64,000 nucleotides of DNA. Origin: Isurus oxyrinchus (taxonomy: Eukaryota). Made by a program: the position numbers and the translations under genes. Shown piece by piece: positions 12,801 to 25,000 of this stretch. Under the pieces are notes generated by a model. It was not told where the DNA came from. It ran no database searches and was given only the letters and a program-made list of their open reading frames with translations. Location: the NCBI GenBank assembly GCA_026770705.1, contig JANJGN010000016.1:87482001-87546000 (forward strand). Reading direction: 5' to 3'. Within the stretch, counting starts at the first letter, position 1. Each line of letters starts with the position of its first letter.

Positions 12801-14852
12801 AGTGGGTGAGGGGTTTGAGTGTCAGGTAAGTGCGAGAGGTGGTGGGGTGGCAGGCAAGTGGGCAAGGGGGGTAGGGTGCCAGGTACTTGGGTGAGGGGCA
12901 TGGTGTCAGGTAAGTGGGTGAGGGGGTAGGGTGCCAGGTACTTGGGTGAGGGGCATGGTGTCAGGTAAGTAGGCAAGGGGGTTAGGGTGCCAGGTACTTG
13001 GGTGAGGGGCATGGTGTCAGGTAAGTGGGTGAGAGGGTTCAGTGTAAGGCAAGTGAGATAGGGGTTAGAGTGTCAGGTAAGTGGGTGAGGGGATAGGGTG
13101 GCAGGTAAGTGGGTCAGGGGGAATTATGGCAGGCAAATAGGGGAGGGGGTAGTGTGTCAGGTAGGTGGGTGAGAGGGGAGGGTGACAGGCAAGTTGGTGA
13201 GTGGTTAGTGTGTCAGGTAATTGGGTGAGTGGGTGGAGTGTCAGGTAAATGGGTCAGGGTTAGGTTGTCAGGCAGGTTGGTGAGGGGTGGGGTGGCAGGC
13301 AAGTGGGTGAGTGTGTAGAGTGGAGTGTCAGATAGGTGGGTGAGGCCGTAGCATGACAGGCAAGGTGGTGAGGGGGTAGGGTAACAGGAAAATGGGTGAG
13401 TGGGTAGAGTTTCAGGAAACTGGGTGATGGCGTACCGTGACAGGCAAGTGGGTGAGATGGTAGTATGTCAGGTAAGTGGGTGAGGCGATCGGGTGGCAGA
13501 CAAGTGGGTGGGGGGTTAGAATGGCAGGCAAATGGGTGATGGGGTAGTGTAGCAGGCAAGTGAGTGAAGGGGTAGGGTTGCAGTCAAGTGGATGAGGGGG
13601 TAGTGTCAGGAAATTGGGTGAGGTTGTAGGGTGGGTGGCAAGTGGTTGAGAGGGTAGTGTGTCAGGAAAGTGGTTGATGGGTTACTGTGTCAGGTAAGTG
13701 GGTGAGGGGGTAGGGTGGCATGCTAGTGGGTGAGGGGGTAGGGTGTCAGGTAAGTGGGCGAGGGGGTAGGGTGGCATGCTAGTGGGTGAGGGGGTTGAGT
13801 GTCAGGGAAGTGGGTGAGGGGGTAGGGTGGCATGCTAGTGGATGAGGGGGTTGAGTGTCAGGTAAGTGGTTGAGGGGGTATTGTTAAGAGTCAGACAATT
13901 GGGCGAATGGGTAGAGTGCCAGGTGGGTGGTTGAGAGGGTTGAGTGTCAGGTAAGTGGGTGAGGGGGTAGGGTGGCAGGCATGTGGGGGAAGGGGTAGTG
14001 TGTCATTTAATTGGGTGAGGGGTTAGTTTGGCAGGCAAGTGGGTGAGGGGGTAGTATGTCAGGAAAGTGGGTGATGGGGAATGGTGTCAGGCAAGTGGGT
14101 GAGGGACTAGAGTGTCAAGAAAGTGGGTGAAGGTGTAGGGTGGCTGGCAAGTCGTTGAGGGGTAGGGAAGTGGGTGAAGGGGTAGAGTGTCAGGCAAGTG
14201 GGTGAGGGACTAGACTGTCAAGAAAGTGGGTGAAGGTGTAGGGTGGCTGGCAAGTCGTTGAGGGGTAGGGAAGTGGGTGAAGGGGTAGAGTGTCAGGTAA
14301 GTGGGTGAGGGGGTAGAGTGTCAGGTACGTGGGTGAGGGGGTATAGTGTCAGGTAAGTGGGTGAGGGGGTAGAGTGTCAGGTAAGTGGGTGAGGGGGTAG
14401 AGTGTCAGGTAAGTGGGTGAGGGGGTATAGTGTCAGGTAGGTGTGTGAGGGGGTAGAGTGTCTTGATAAGTAGGCAAGATGTTAGCGCCCAGGTATGTGG
14501 GTGAGGGGGTAGAGTATCAGTTAAGTGGGTGAGGGGGTAGAGTATCAGGTAATTGTGTGAGAGAGCAGGGTGGCTGGCAAATGCATGAGGGGGTAGGGTG
14601 TCAGGCACTTGAGTGAGGGGTTAGGGTGGCAGGCAAGTGGGTGACGGGGTAGAATGGCAGGAATGTGGGTGAGGATGTAGGTTGATAGGCAAGTGGGTGA
14701 GGGTGTAGGTTGGAAGGCAAGTGGTTTAGGGGGTAGGGTGGCAGGCAAGTGGGTGAGGGGTTAGGGTGGCAGGCAAGTGGTTTAGGGGGGTAGGGTGGCA
14801 GGCAAGTGGGTGAGGGTGTAGAGTGTCAAGAAAGTGGTTGAGTGTGTAGATT

Positions 14853-14983
14853 AAAACAAAAAAACTGCGGATGCTGGAAATCCAAAACAAAAACAGAATT
14901 ACCTGGAAAAACTCAGCAGGTCTGGCAGCATCGGTGGAGAAGAAAAGAGTTGACGTTTCGAGTCCTCATGACCCTTCAACAGA
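14853..14983 (-). mobile_element. 131-bp Penelope-like retroelement terminal fragment with 5-bp target-site duplication (AGATT)
   Basis: Non-satellite sequence flanked by AGATT at 14848-14852 and 14984-14988; the empty site is at 21330-21334. It resembles the abundant shark 'ctcagcaggtctggcagcatc...gacgtttcg' repeat as I recall it, and has a hammerhead-like core on the minus strand. Confidence 0.7.
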
Positions 14984-17900
14984 AGATTGTCTGGCAAGTG
15001 ATTGATGGGGTAGGGGGCAGCCAATTGGGTGAGGGGGTAGTGTGTCATGTAAGTGGGTGAAGGGGTAGAATATCAGTCAAGTGGGTGAGGGGCTAAAGTG
15101 TCAGGTAGGTGGGTGAGGGGGTGGAGTGTCAGGGAGGGGGGTGAGGGGGGTAGTGTGTCAGGGAGGGGGGTGAGGGGGTAGAGTGTCAGGGAGGGGGGTG
15201 AGGGGGTAGAGTGTCAGGGAGGGGGGTGAGGGGGTAGGGCAGCAGGGAAATGTGTGAGGGGGTGGAGTGTCAGGCAAGTGGGTGAGGAAGTAGGGTAGGA
15301 CGCATATGGCTGAGGAGGTAGTCTGGCTTGCATGGGGGTAAGGGGGTAGAGTGTCAGCCAAGTGTGCAAGGGGATTGAGTGGCGGGTAAGTGGGTGAGGG
15401 GGTTTTTGTGGCAGACAAGTGGGTCAGGAGATAAGGTGTCAGGAAAGTGGGCGAGGGGGTACGATGGCAGGAAAGTGGGTGAGGGGGTAGGATGGCATGT
15501 AAATGGGTGAGGGGGTAGAGTGTCTCGATAAGTAGGTGAGGGGGGGAGTGTCAAGTAAGTGGGTGAGGGGGTAGGGTATCTGCAATGTGGGTGAGGGGTT
15601 AGAGTGTCAGGCAAGTGAGTAAGAGGGTAGAGTGTCAGGCAATTGGGCGAGAGGGTAAAGTATCAGGTAAGTGTGTGAGGGGGCAGGGCGGCAGGCAATT
15701 GCGTGAGGGGGTAGGGTGTCAGACACTTGGGTGAGGGCGTAGCATGGCAGGCAAATGGGTGAGGGGATAGGGTGACAGGCAAGTGAGTGAGGGGGTAGGG
15801 TGTCAGGTAAGTGGGTGAGGGTTTAGATTGTCAGTTAAGTGCATGAGGGGTTAATGGGTCAGGTAATTGGATGAGAGGGGAGGGTGACAGGCAAGTTGGT
15901 GAGGGGGTCATATGTCAGGTAATTGGGTGAGGGGTACTGTGTCAGGTACATGGGTCAGGGTTAGGTTCGCAGGCAGGTTGCTGAGGGGGTGGGTTGGCAT
16001 GTAAGTTGGTGAGGGGTAGAGTGTCAGATAAGTGGGTGAGGGAGTAGCATGACAGGCAAGTGGGTGAGGGGGTAGGGTGGCAGGAAAATGGGTGAGGGGG
16101 TAGAATGTCAGGCAAGTGGGTGAGTGTATAGCATAAGAGGCAAGTGGGTGAGGTGGTAGAGAGGCAGGAAAGTTGATGAGGAGTAGGGTGACAGGCAATA
16201 TGGTGAGTGGGTAGTGTGGCAGGCAGGTGGGCAAGGGGATAGAGTGGTTGTTAAGTGGATGAGGGGGTAGAGTGCCATGTGACTGGATGAGAGGGTTGGG
16301 TGGAGGTTAAGTTGGTGAGGGGGTAGATGTAAAGTAAATTTGTGACGAAGCAGCATCAGTTGGCGATGGGGTAGAGTGTCAGTTAAGTGAGTGAGGGGGT
16401 AGAGTGTCAGTTTAGTGGGTGAGGGGGGTAGTGAGTCAGCTAAATGAGTGAGGGAATAGATTGGCAGTTAAGTGGGTGAGGGGGTGGAGTGTCACGAAAG
16501 TGGGTGAGGGTGTAGGGTGGCTGGCAAGTGTTTGAGGGGTAGGGTGGAAGGTAAGTGGGTGAGGGGTTATTGTATCAGGTAAGTGCTTGAGGGGGTACAG
16601 TATCAGGCAAGTGGGATAGAGGTTAGAGTGTCAGGGAAACGGATGAACGATTAGGGTGGCAGGTTAGTGGGTGATGGGGTAAGGTGGCAGGCAAGAGGGT
16701 GAAGGGTTAAGGTGGCAGGCAAGAGGGTGAGGTGGTATTGTGGCAGTTAAGTGGGTAAGTGGGTAGGTTGTCAGGCAAGTGGGTGAGGGTGTAGTGGGTC
16801 ACTACCTGGGTGAGGGAGGAGGGTTTCAGGCAAGTGGGTGAGGGGTTTGAGTGTCAGGTAAGTGCGAGAGGTGGTGGGGTGGCAGGCAAGTGGGCAAGGG
16901 GGGTAGGGTGCCAGGTACTTGGGTGAGGGGCATGGTGTCAGGTAAGTGGGTGAGGGGGTAGGGTGCCAGGTACTTGGGTGAGGGGCATGGTGTCAGGTAA
17001 GTAGGCAAGGGGGTTAGGGTGCCAGGTACTTGGGTGAGGGGCATGGTGTCAGGTAAGTGGGTGAGAGGGTTCAGTGTAAGGCAAGTGAGATAGGGGTTAG
17101 AGTGTCAGGTAAGTGGGTGAGGGGATAGGGTGGCAGGTAAGTGGGTCAGGGGGAATTATGGCAGGCAAATAGGGGAGGGGGTAGTGTGTCAGGTAGGTGG
17201 GTGAGAGGGGAGGGTGACAGGCAAGTTGGTGAGTGGTTAGTGTGTCAGGTAATTGGGTGAGTGGGTGGAGTGTCAGGTAAATGGGTCAGGGTTAGGTTGT
17301 CAGGCAGGTTGGTGAGGGGTGGGGTGGCAGGCAAGTGGGTGAGTGTGTAGAGTGGAGTGTCAGATAGGTGGGTGAGGCCGTAGCATGACAGGCAAGGTGG
17401 TGAGGGGGTAGGGTAACAGGAAAATGGGTGAGTGGGTAGAGTTTCAGGAAACTGGGTGATGGCGTACCGTGACAGGCAAGTGGGTGAGATGGTAGTATGT
17501 CAGGTAAGTGGGTGAGGCGATCGGGTGGCAGACAAGTGGGTGAGGGGTTAGAATGGCAGGCAAATGGGTGATGGGGTAGTGTAGCAGGCAAGTGAGTGAA
17601 GGGGTAGGGTTGCAGTCAAGTGGATGAGGGGGTAGTGTCAGGAAATTGGGTGAGGTTGTAGGGTGGGTGGCAAGTGGTTGAGAGGGTAGTGTGTCAGGAA
17701 AGTGGTTGATGGGTTACTGTGTCAGGTAAGTGGGTGAGGGGGTAGGGTGGCATGCTAGTGGGTGAGGGGGTAGGGTGTCAGGTAAGTGGGCGAGGGGGGT
17801 AGGGTGGCATGCTAGTGGGTGAGGGGGTTGAGTGTCAGGGAAGTGGGTGAGGGGGTAGGGTGGCATGCTAGTGGATGAGGGGGTTGAGTGTCAGGTAAGT

Positions 17901-18886
17901 GGTTGAGGGGGTATTGTTAAGAGTCAGACAATTGGGCGAATGGGTAGAGTGCCAGGTGGGTGGTTGAGAGGGTTGAGTGTCAGGTAAGTGGGTGAGGGGG
18001 TAGGGTGGCAGGCATGTGGGGGAAGGGGTAGTGTGTCATTTAATTGGGTGAGGGGTTAGTTTGGCAGGCAAGTGGGTGAGGGGGTAGTATGTCAGGAAAG
18101 TGGGTGATGGGGAATGGTGTCAGGCAAGTGGGTGAGGGACTAGAGTGTCAAGAAAGTGGGTGAAGGTGTAGGGTGGCTGGCAAGTCGTTGAGGGGTAGGG
18201 AAGTGGGTGAAGGGGTAGAGTGTCAGGCAAGTGGGTGAGGGACTAGACTGTCAAGAAAGTGGGTGAAGGTGTAGGGTGGCTGGCAAGTCGTTGAGGGGTA
18301 GGGAAGTGGGTGAAGGGGTAGAGTGTCAGGTAAGTGGGTGAGGGGGTAGAGTGTCAGGTACGTGGGTGAGGGGGTATAGTGTCAGGTAAGTGGGTGAGGG
18401 GGGTAGAGTGTCAGGTAAGTGGGTGAGGGGGTAGAGTGTCAGGTAAGTGGGTGAGGGGGTATAGTGTCAGGTAGGTGTGTGAGGGGGTAGAGTGTCTTGA
18501 TAAGTAGGCAAGAGGTTAGCGCCCAGGTATGTGGGTGAGGGGGTAGAGTATCAGTTAAGTGGGTGAGGGGGTAGAGTATCAGGTAATTGTGTGAGAGAGC
18601 AGGGTGGCTGGCAAATGCATGAGGGGGTAGGGTGTCAGGCACTTGAGTGAGGGGTTAGGGTGGCAGGCAAGTGGGTGACGGGGTAGAATGGCAGGAATGT
18701 GGGTGAGGATGTAGGTTGATAGGCAAGTGGGTGAGGGTGTAGGTTGGAAGGCAAGTGGTTTAGGGGGTAGGGTGGCAGGCAAGTGGGTGAGGGGTTAGGG
18801 TGGCAGGCAAGTGGTTTAGGGGGGTAGGGTGGCAGGCAAGTGGGTGAGGGTGTAGAGTGTCAAGAAAGTGGTTGAGTGTGTAGATT

Positions 18887-19017
18887 AAAACAAAAAAACT
18901 GCGGATGCTGGAAATCCAAAACAAAAACAGAATTACCTGGAAAAACTCAGCAGGTCTGGCAGCATCGGTGGAGAAGAAAAGAGTTGACGTTTCGAGTCCT
19001 CATGACCCTTCAACAGA
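18887..19017 (-). mobile_element. Second copy of the 131-bp Penelope-like insert, carried by the 4-kb duplication
   Basis: Identical to 14853-14983, with AGATT at 18882-18886 and 19018-19022. Confidence 0.7.
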
Positions 19018-22000
19018 AGATTGTCTGGCAAGTGATTGATGGGGTAGGGGGCAGCCAATTGGGTGAGGGGGTAGTGTGTCATGTAAGTGGGTGAAGGGGT
19101 AGAATATCAGTCAAGTGGGTGAGGGGCTAAAGTGTCAGGTAGGTGGGTGAGGGGGTGGAGTGTCAGGGAGGGGGGTGAGGGGGTAGTGTGTCAGGGAGGG
19201 GGGTGAGGGGGTAGAGTGTCAGGGAGGGGGGTGAGGGGGGTAGAGTGTCAGGGAGGGGGGTGAGGGGGTAGGGCAGCAGGGAAATGTGTGAGGGGGTGGA
19301 GTGTCAGGCAAGTGGGTGAGGAAGTAGGGTAGGACGCATATGGCTGAGGAGGTAGTCTGGCTTGCATGGGGGTAAGGGGGTAGAGTGTCAGCCAAGTGTG
19401 CAAGGGGATTGAGTGGCGGGTAAGTGGGTGAGGGGGTTTTTGTGGCAGACAAGTGGGTCAGGAGATAAGGTGTCAGGAAAGTGGGCGAGGGGGTACGATG
19501 GCAGGAAAGTGGGTGAGGGGGTAGGATGGCATGTAAATGGGTGAGGGGGTAGAGTGTCTCGATAAGTAGGTGAGGGGGGGAGTGTCAAGTAAGTGGGTGA
19601 GGGGGTAGGGTATCTGCAATGTGGGTGAGGGGTTAGAGTGTCAGGCAAGTGAGTAAGAGGGTAGAGTGTCAGGCAATTGGGCGAGAGGGTAAAGTATCAG
19701 GTAAGTGTGTGAGGGGGCAGGGCGGCAGGCAATTGCGTGAGGGGGTAGGGTGTCAGACACTTGGGTGAGGGCGTAGCATGGCAGGCAAATGGGTGAGGGG
19801 ATAGGGTGACAGGCAAGTGAGTGAGGGGGTAGGGTGTCAGGTAAGTGGGTGAGGGTTTAGATTGTCAGTTAAGTGCATGAGGGGTTAATGGGTCAGGTAA
19901 TTGGATGAGAGGGGAGGGTGACAGGCAAGTTGGTGAGGGGGTCATATGTCAGGTAATTGGGTGAGGGGTACTGTGTCAGGTACATGGGTCAGGGTTAGGT
20001 TCGCAGGCAGGTTGCTGAGGGGGTGGGTTGGCATGTAAGTTGGTGAGGGGTAGAGTGTCAGATAAGTGGGTGAGGGAGTAGCATGACAGGCAAGTGGGTG
20101 AGGGGGTAGGGTGGCAGGAAAATGGGTGAGGGGGTAGAATGTCAGGCAAGTGGGTGAGTGTATAGCATAAGAGGCAAGTGGGTGAGGTGGTAGAGAGGCA
20201 GGAAAGTTGATGAGGAGTAGGGTGACAGGCAATATGGTGAGTGGGTAGTGTGGCAGGCAGGTGGGCAAGGGGATAGAGTGGTTGTTAAGTGGATGAGGGG
20301 GTAGAGTGCCATGTGACTGGATGAGAGGGTTGGGTGGAGGTTAAGTTGGTGAGGGGGTAGATGTAAAGTAAATTTGTGACGAAGCAGCATCAGTTGGCGA
20401 TGGGGTAGAGTGTCAGTTAAGTGAGTGAGGGGGTAGAGTGTCAGTTAAGTGAGTGAGGGGGTAGAGTGTCAGTTAAGTGAGTGAGGGGGTAGAGTGTCAG
20501 TTAAGTGAGTGAGGGGGTAGAGTGTCAGGTAAGTGGGTGAGGGGGTAGTGTGTCAGGTAAGTGGGTGAGGGGGTAGAGTGTAAGTAAGTGTGTGAGGGGG
20601 TAGTGTGTTAGGTAAGTGGGTGATGGGGTAGAGTGTCAAGTAAGTGGTTGAGGGGTTAAGTTTCAGGCAATTGGGCAAGTGGGTAGAGTGCCAGGTGGGT
20701 GGTTGAGGGGGTAGATTGTCAGGTAGGTGGGTGAGTGGGTATGGTGACAGGAAAATGGGGAAGGGGGTAGTGTGTCAGGCAATTGGGTGAGGGGCAGGGT
20801 GTCAGATAAGTGCGTGAGGGGGTAGGGTGTAATGCAAGTGGGATAGGGGATTGAGTGTCAGGTAAGTGGGATGGGGATTGAGTGTTAGGCAAGTGGGGGA
20901 GGGGGTAGTGAGTCAGGTAATTGGGTGAGTGGGTAGAGTGTCAGTAAATGGGTCAGGATTAGGTTGGCTAGCAGGTTGGTGAGGGGGTGGGGTGGCAGGC
21001 AAGTGGGTGAAGGGGTAGAGTAGAGTGTCAGATAGGTGGGAGAGACCACAGCATGACAGGCAAGTGGGTGAGGGTGTTGGGTGGCAGGAAAATGGGTGAG
21101 CGGGTAGAGTGTCTGGCAACTGGGTGATGGCGTAACATGACAGGCAAGTGGGTGAGAGGGTAGGATGGCAGACAAGTGGGTGAGGGGGTAGAATGGCAGG
21201 AATGTGTGTGAGAGTGTAGATTGGTAGGCTAGTGGGTGAGGGTGTAGGGTGGCAGGCAAGTGGTTTAGGGGGATAGGGTGGCAGGCAAGTGGGTGAGGGG
21301 ATAGAGTGTAAAGAAAGTGGTGAGTGTGTAGATTGTCTGGCTAGTTGTTGAGGGGGTAGGGGGCAGCCAATTGGGTGAGAGGGTAGTGTGTCAGGTAAGT
21401 GTGTGAGGGGGAGAATATCAGTCAAGTGGGTGTGGGGCTCAAGTGTCAGGTAGGTGGGTGAGGGGGTTGGGCATCAGGCAAGTGAGTGAGGGGGTAGAGT
21501 GTCAGGTAAGTGGTTGAGGGGGTAGAGTGTCTGGCAAGTGGAGAAGGTCATAGAATGGCGGGTAAGTGGGTAAGGGTGTAGAGTGCCATGTAAGTGGTGA
21601 GGGTTTAGGGTGGCAGCTAAGTTGACCAGAAGGTAGGATGGCAGGCATGTGGGTTCATGGGTAGAGTGGCAGGTAATTGGGTGAGGGGTTAGAGTATCAG
21701 TTTAGTGGGTGAGGGGTTAGAGTGTCAGTTTAGTGGGTGAAGGGGTAGTGAGTCAGCTAAATGAGTGAGGGAATAGAATGGCAGTTAAGTGGGTGAGGGG
21801 TTACTGTGTCAGGTAAGTGGGTAAGTGGGTAGGTAGTCAGGCAAGTGGGTGAGGGGGTAGTGGGTCACTACGTGGGTGAGGGGGGAGGGTGTCAGGCAAG
21901 TGAGTGAGGAGATAGAGAGTCAGGTAATTGGGTTAGTGTTAGGGTCACAGGCAGGTTGGTGAGGGGATGGGGTGGCAGGTAAATGTGTGATGAAGTAGTG

Positions 22001-25000
22001 TGTCAGTCGATTGGGTGAGGGGGTAGAGTGGCAGGCAAGTGGGTGTTGGGCTATTGTGTCAGGTAAGTGCTTGAGGGGTATGGTGTCAGGCAAGTGGGCG
22101 AAGGGGTAGATTGTCAGGAACTAAGGTGATGGGTACAGTGTCATGTAAGTGGGTGAGGGTGGCAGGCGAGGGTGTTGAGTGTCAGGCAAGTGGGTGAGGT
22201 GGTAGGGTGGCAGGCAAGTGTGTGAGGGGGTTAAGTGGCAGGCAAGTATGTGAGGGTGTAGGGTGCCAGTAAAGTGCCTGAGAGGGTAGGGTGGCTGGTA
22301 AGATGGCCATGGGGTGGGGTGGCAGGCAAGTGGGTTGGTGGGTAGAGTGGCAGGTAAGTGGATGAGGGGTCAGAGTTGCAGGTAAGTGGGTGAGGGAGTA
22401 GAGTGTCAGGCAAGTGGGTGAGGTTGTAGATTGGCAGGGAAGTGGGTGAGGGGGTAGGGTGGCTGGTAAGTTGGCCATGGGGTGGGGTGGTAGGCAAGTG
22501 GGTGTGTGGTAGAGTGGCAGGTAAGTTGGTGAGGGGGTGGAGTGTCAGGTAAGTGGGTGAGGGGGTAGAGTGTCAGGTAAGTGAGTGAGGGTGTAGAGTG
22601 TCAGATAAGTGGGTGAGGAGGTGGAGTGTCAGGTAAGTGGGTGAGGGGGTAGAGTGTCAGGTAAGTGGGTGAGGGGGTAGATTGTCAGGTAAGTGGGTGA
22701 GGGGGTAGAGTGTCAGGTAAGTGGGTGAGGGGGTAGATTGTCAGGTGAGTGGGTGAGGGTGTAGAGTGTCAGGTAAGTGGGTGAGGAGGTGGAGTGTCAG
22801 GTAAGTGAGTGAGGGTGTAGAGTGTCAGATAAGTGGGTGAGGAGGTGGAGTGTCAGGTAAGTGGGTGAGGAGGTAAAGTGTCTCGATAATTAGGCAAGGG
22901 GGTAGGGCGGCAGGTATGCGGGTGAGGGGTTAGACTGTCAAGTAAGTGGGTGAGGGGGGTAGAGTGTCTCGTAAGTGAGTGAGCGGTTAGAGTTAGGAGA
23001 ATAGGTGAGGGGGTAGATTATCAGTCAAGTGAGTGAGGAGGTAGCGTTTCAGTTAAGTGGTTGAGGGGGTAGAGTGTCAGGTAAGTGTGTGAGGGTGTGG
23101 AGTATCAGGCAAGTGGGTGAGCGGTTAGTGTGTCAGGCTATTGGGCGAGGGGGCAGAGTGTCAGTAAGTGGGTGAGGTGGCAGAGTGTCAGTAAGTGGGT
23201 GAGGGGATAGAGTGTCAGTAAGTGGGTGAGGGGGCAGAGTGTCAGTAAGTGGGTGAGGGGGCAGAGTGTCAGTAAGTGGGTGAGGGGATAGAGTGTCAGT
23301 AAGTGGGTGAGGGGGCAGAGTGTCAGTAAGTGGGTGAGGGGGCAGAGTGTCAGTAAGTGGGTGAGGGGGCAGAGTGTCAGTAAGTGGGTGAGGGGATAGG
23401 GTGGCAGGCGAGGCGGTGGGGTGGTAGGGTGTCACATAAATGGGTCAGGATTAGGGTGGCAGGCGAAAGGGTCGGGTGTCAGGCAAGTGGGCAAAGGGGT
23501 AGATTGTCAGGAACTAATGTGATGAGTACTGGGTCATGTAAGTGGGTGAGGGTGGCAGGCGAGGGCGTTGAGTGTCAGGCAAGTGGGTGAGGTGGTAGGA
23601 TGGCTGGCAAGTGTGTGAGCTGGTAGAGTGCCAGTTAAGTGTGTGAGAGGGTAGGGTGGCTGGTACGTTGGCCTGGGGGTAGGGTGGCAGGCAAGTGGGT
23701 GAGCGAGTAGTGTGAGAGGCAAGTGGGCAAGGTGATAGAATGGCGGGTAATTGGGTAAGGGGGTAGGGTGCCAGGTAAGTGTGTGAGAGGGTAGGGTGGC
23801 TGGTAAGATGGCCAGCGTGTAGGGTGGCAGGCAAGCGGGTGAGTGGGTAGAGTGGCAGGTAAGTGGATGAGGGGTCAGAGTGGCATCAAGTGGGTGAGGG
23901 GGTAGATTGTCAGATAGGTGGATCAGTGGGTAGAGTGTCAAGCAATTAGGTGAGGGGGGTAGAGTGTCAGGTAAACGGGTGAGTGGTTAGGGTGGCAGGT
24001 AAGTGGGTGATGGGGTAAGGTGGCAGGCAAGAGGCTGAGGGGGTATTGTGGCAGGCAAGGGGGTGAGTAGGTAGTGTGTCAGAACGGTGGGTGAGGGCGT
24101 AGCTTGGCAGGCAAGTGAGTAAGGGGGTAGTGTGGCAGGCAAAGGGGTGAGTAGGTAATGTGTCTGGTAAGTGGGTGAAGGGGCAAGATTGTCAGGTAAG
24201 TGGGTGAGGGGGTAGAGTGTCAGGTAAGTGGGTGAGGGGGTAGAGTGTCAGGTGAGTGTGTGAGGGGGAGAGTGTCAGGTAAGTGGGTGAGGAGATAGGG
24301 TGGCAGGCAATTCAGTGAGGGGTTGGAACGGCAGGAAAGTGGGTTAGTAGGTAGTGTGTCAGTTAAATTGATGAAGGGGTAGGTGTCAGATAAATTCGTG
24401 AGGGGGTAGGGTGTCAGGCAAGTGTGTGAGGGGGCAGAGTGTCAGGTAAGTGGGCGAGGGTGTAGAGTGTCAGGTAACTGGGTGAGAGAGTAGAGTGTCA
24501 GGTAAGTGGGTGAGGGGGTAGAGTTTCAGGTAAGTGGGTGAGGAGGTAGAGTGCCAGGTAAGTGGGTGAGGTAGTAGTGTGGCAGGTAAGTGGGTGAGGG
24601 GGTATGGTGGCAGTTATGTTGGCCAGGGGATAGGTTGGTAGGTATGTGGGTGAGGGGGCAGTGTGTCACTTCAGTTGGTGAGGGGGTTGTTGTCAAGTAA
24701 GTTTGTGAGATTGCCAGGAGTCAGGAAAGTGGGCGATAGGTTAGATAGTCAGGTAAGTGGGTGAGGGGGTAGGGTGGCAGGCAAGTGGGTGAGGGGGTAG
24801 GGTGTTAGGTAAGTGGGTGAGGGGGTAGGGTGTTAGGTAAGTGGGTGAGGGGGTAGGGTGTTAGGTAAGTGGGTGAGGGGGTAGGGTGTTAGGTAAGTGG
24901 GTGAGGGGGGGTACAGTGCCAGACAAGTGGGATAGGTGTTGGACTGTCAGGTAAGTGGATGAGGGGGCAAAGTGGCAGGCAAGTGAGTGGGGGGTTAGAC

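Larger units (their letters stand above)
12360..20445. repeat. Tandem higher-order duplication, 2 x ~4.03 kb, inside the 28-bp satellite
   Basis: ORF pairs 12794/16826, 14405/18439, 14842/18876 and 16108/20142 are offset by 4032-4034 bp. Confidence 0.92.
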
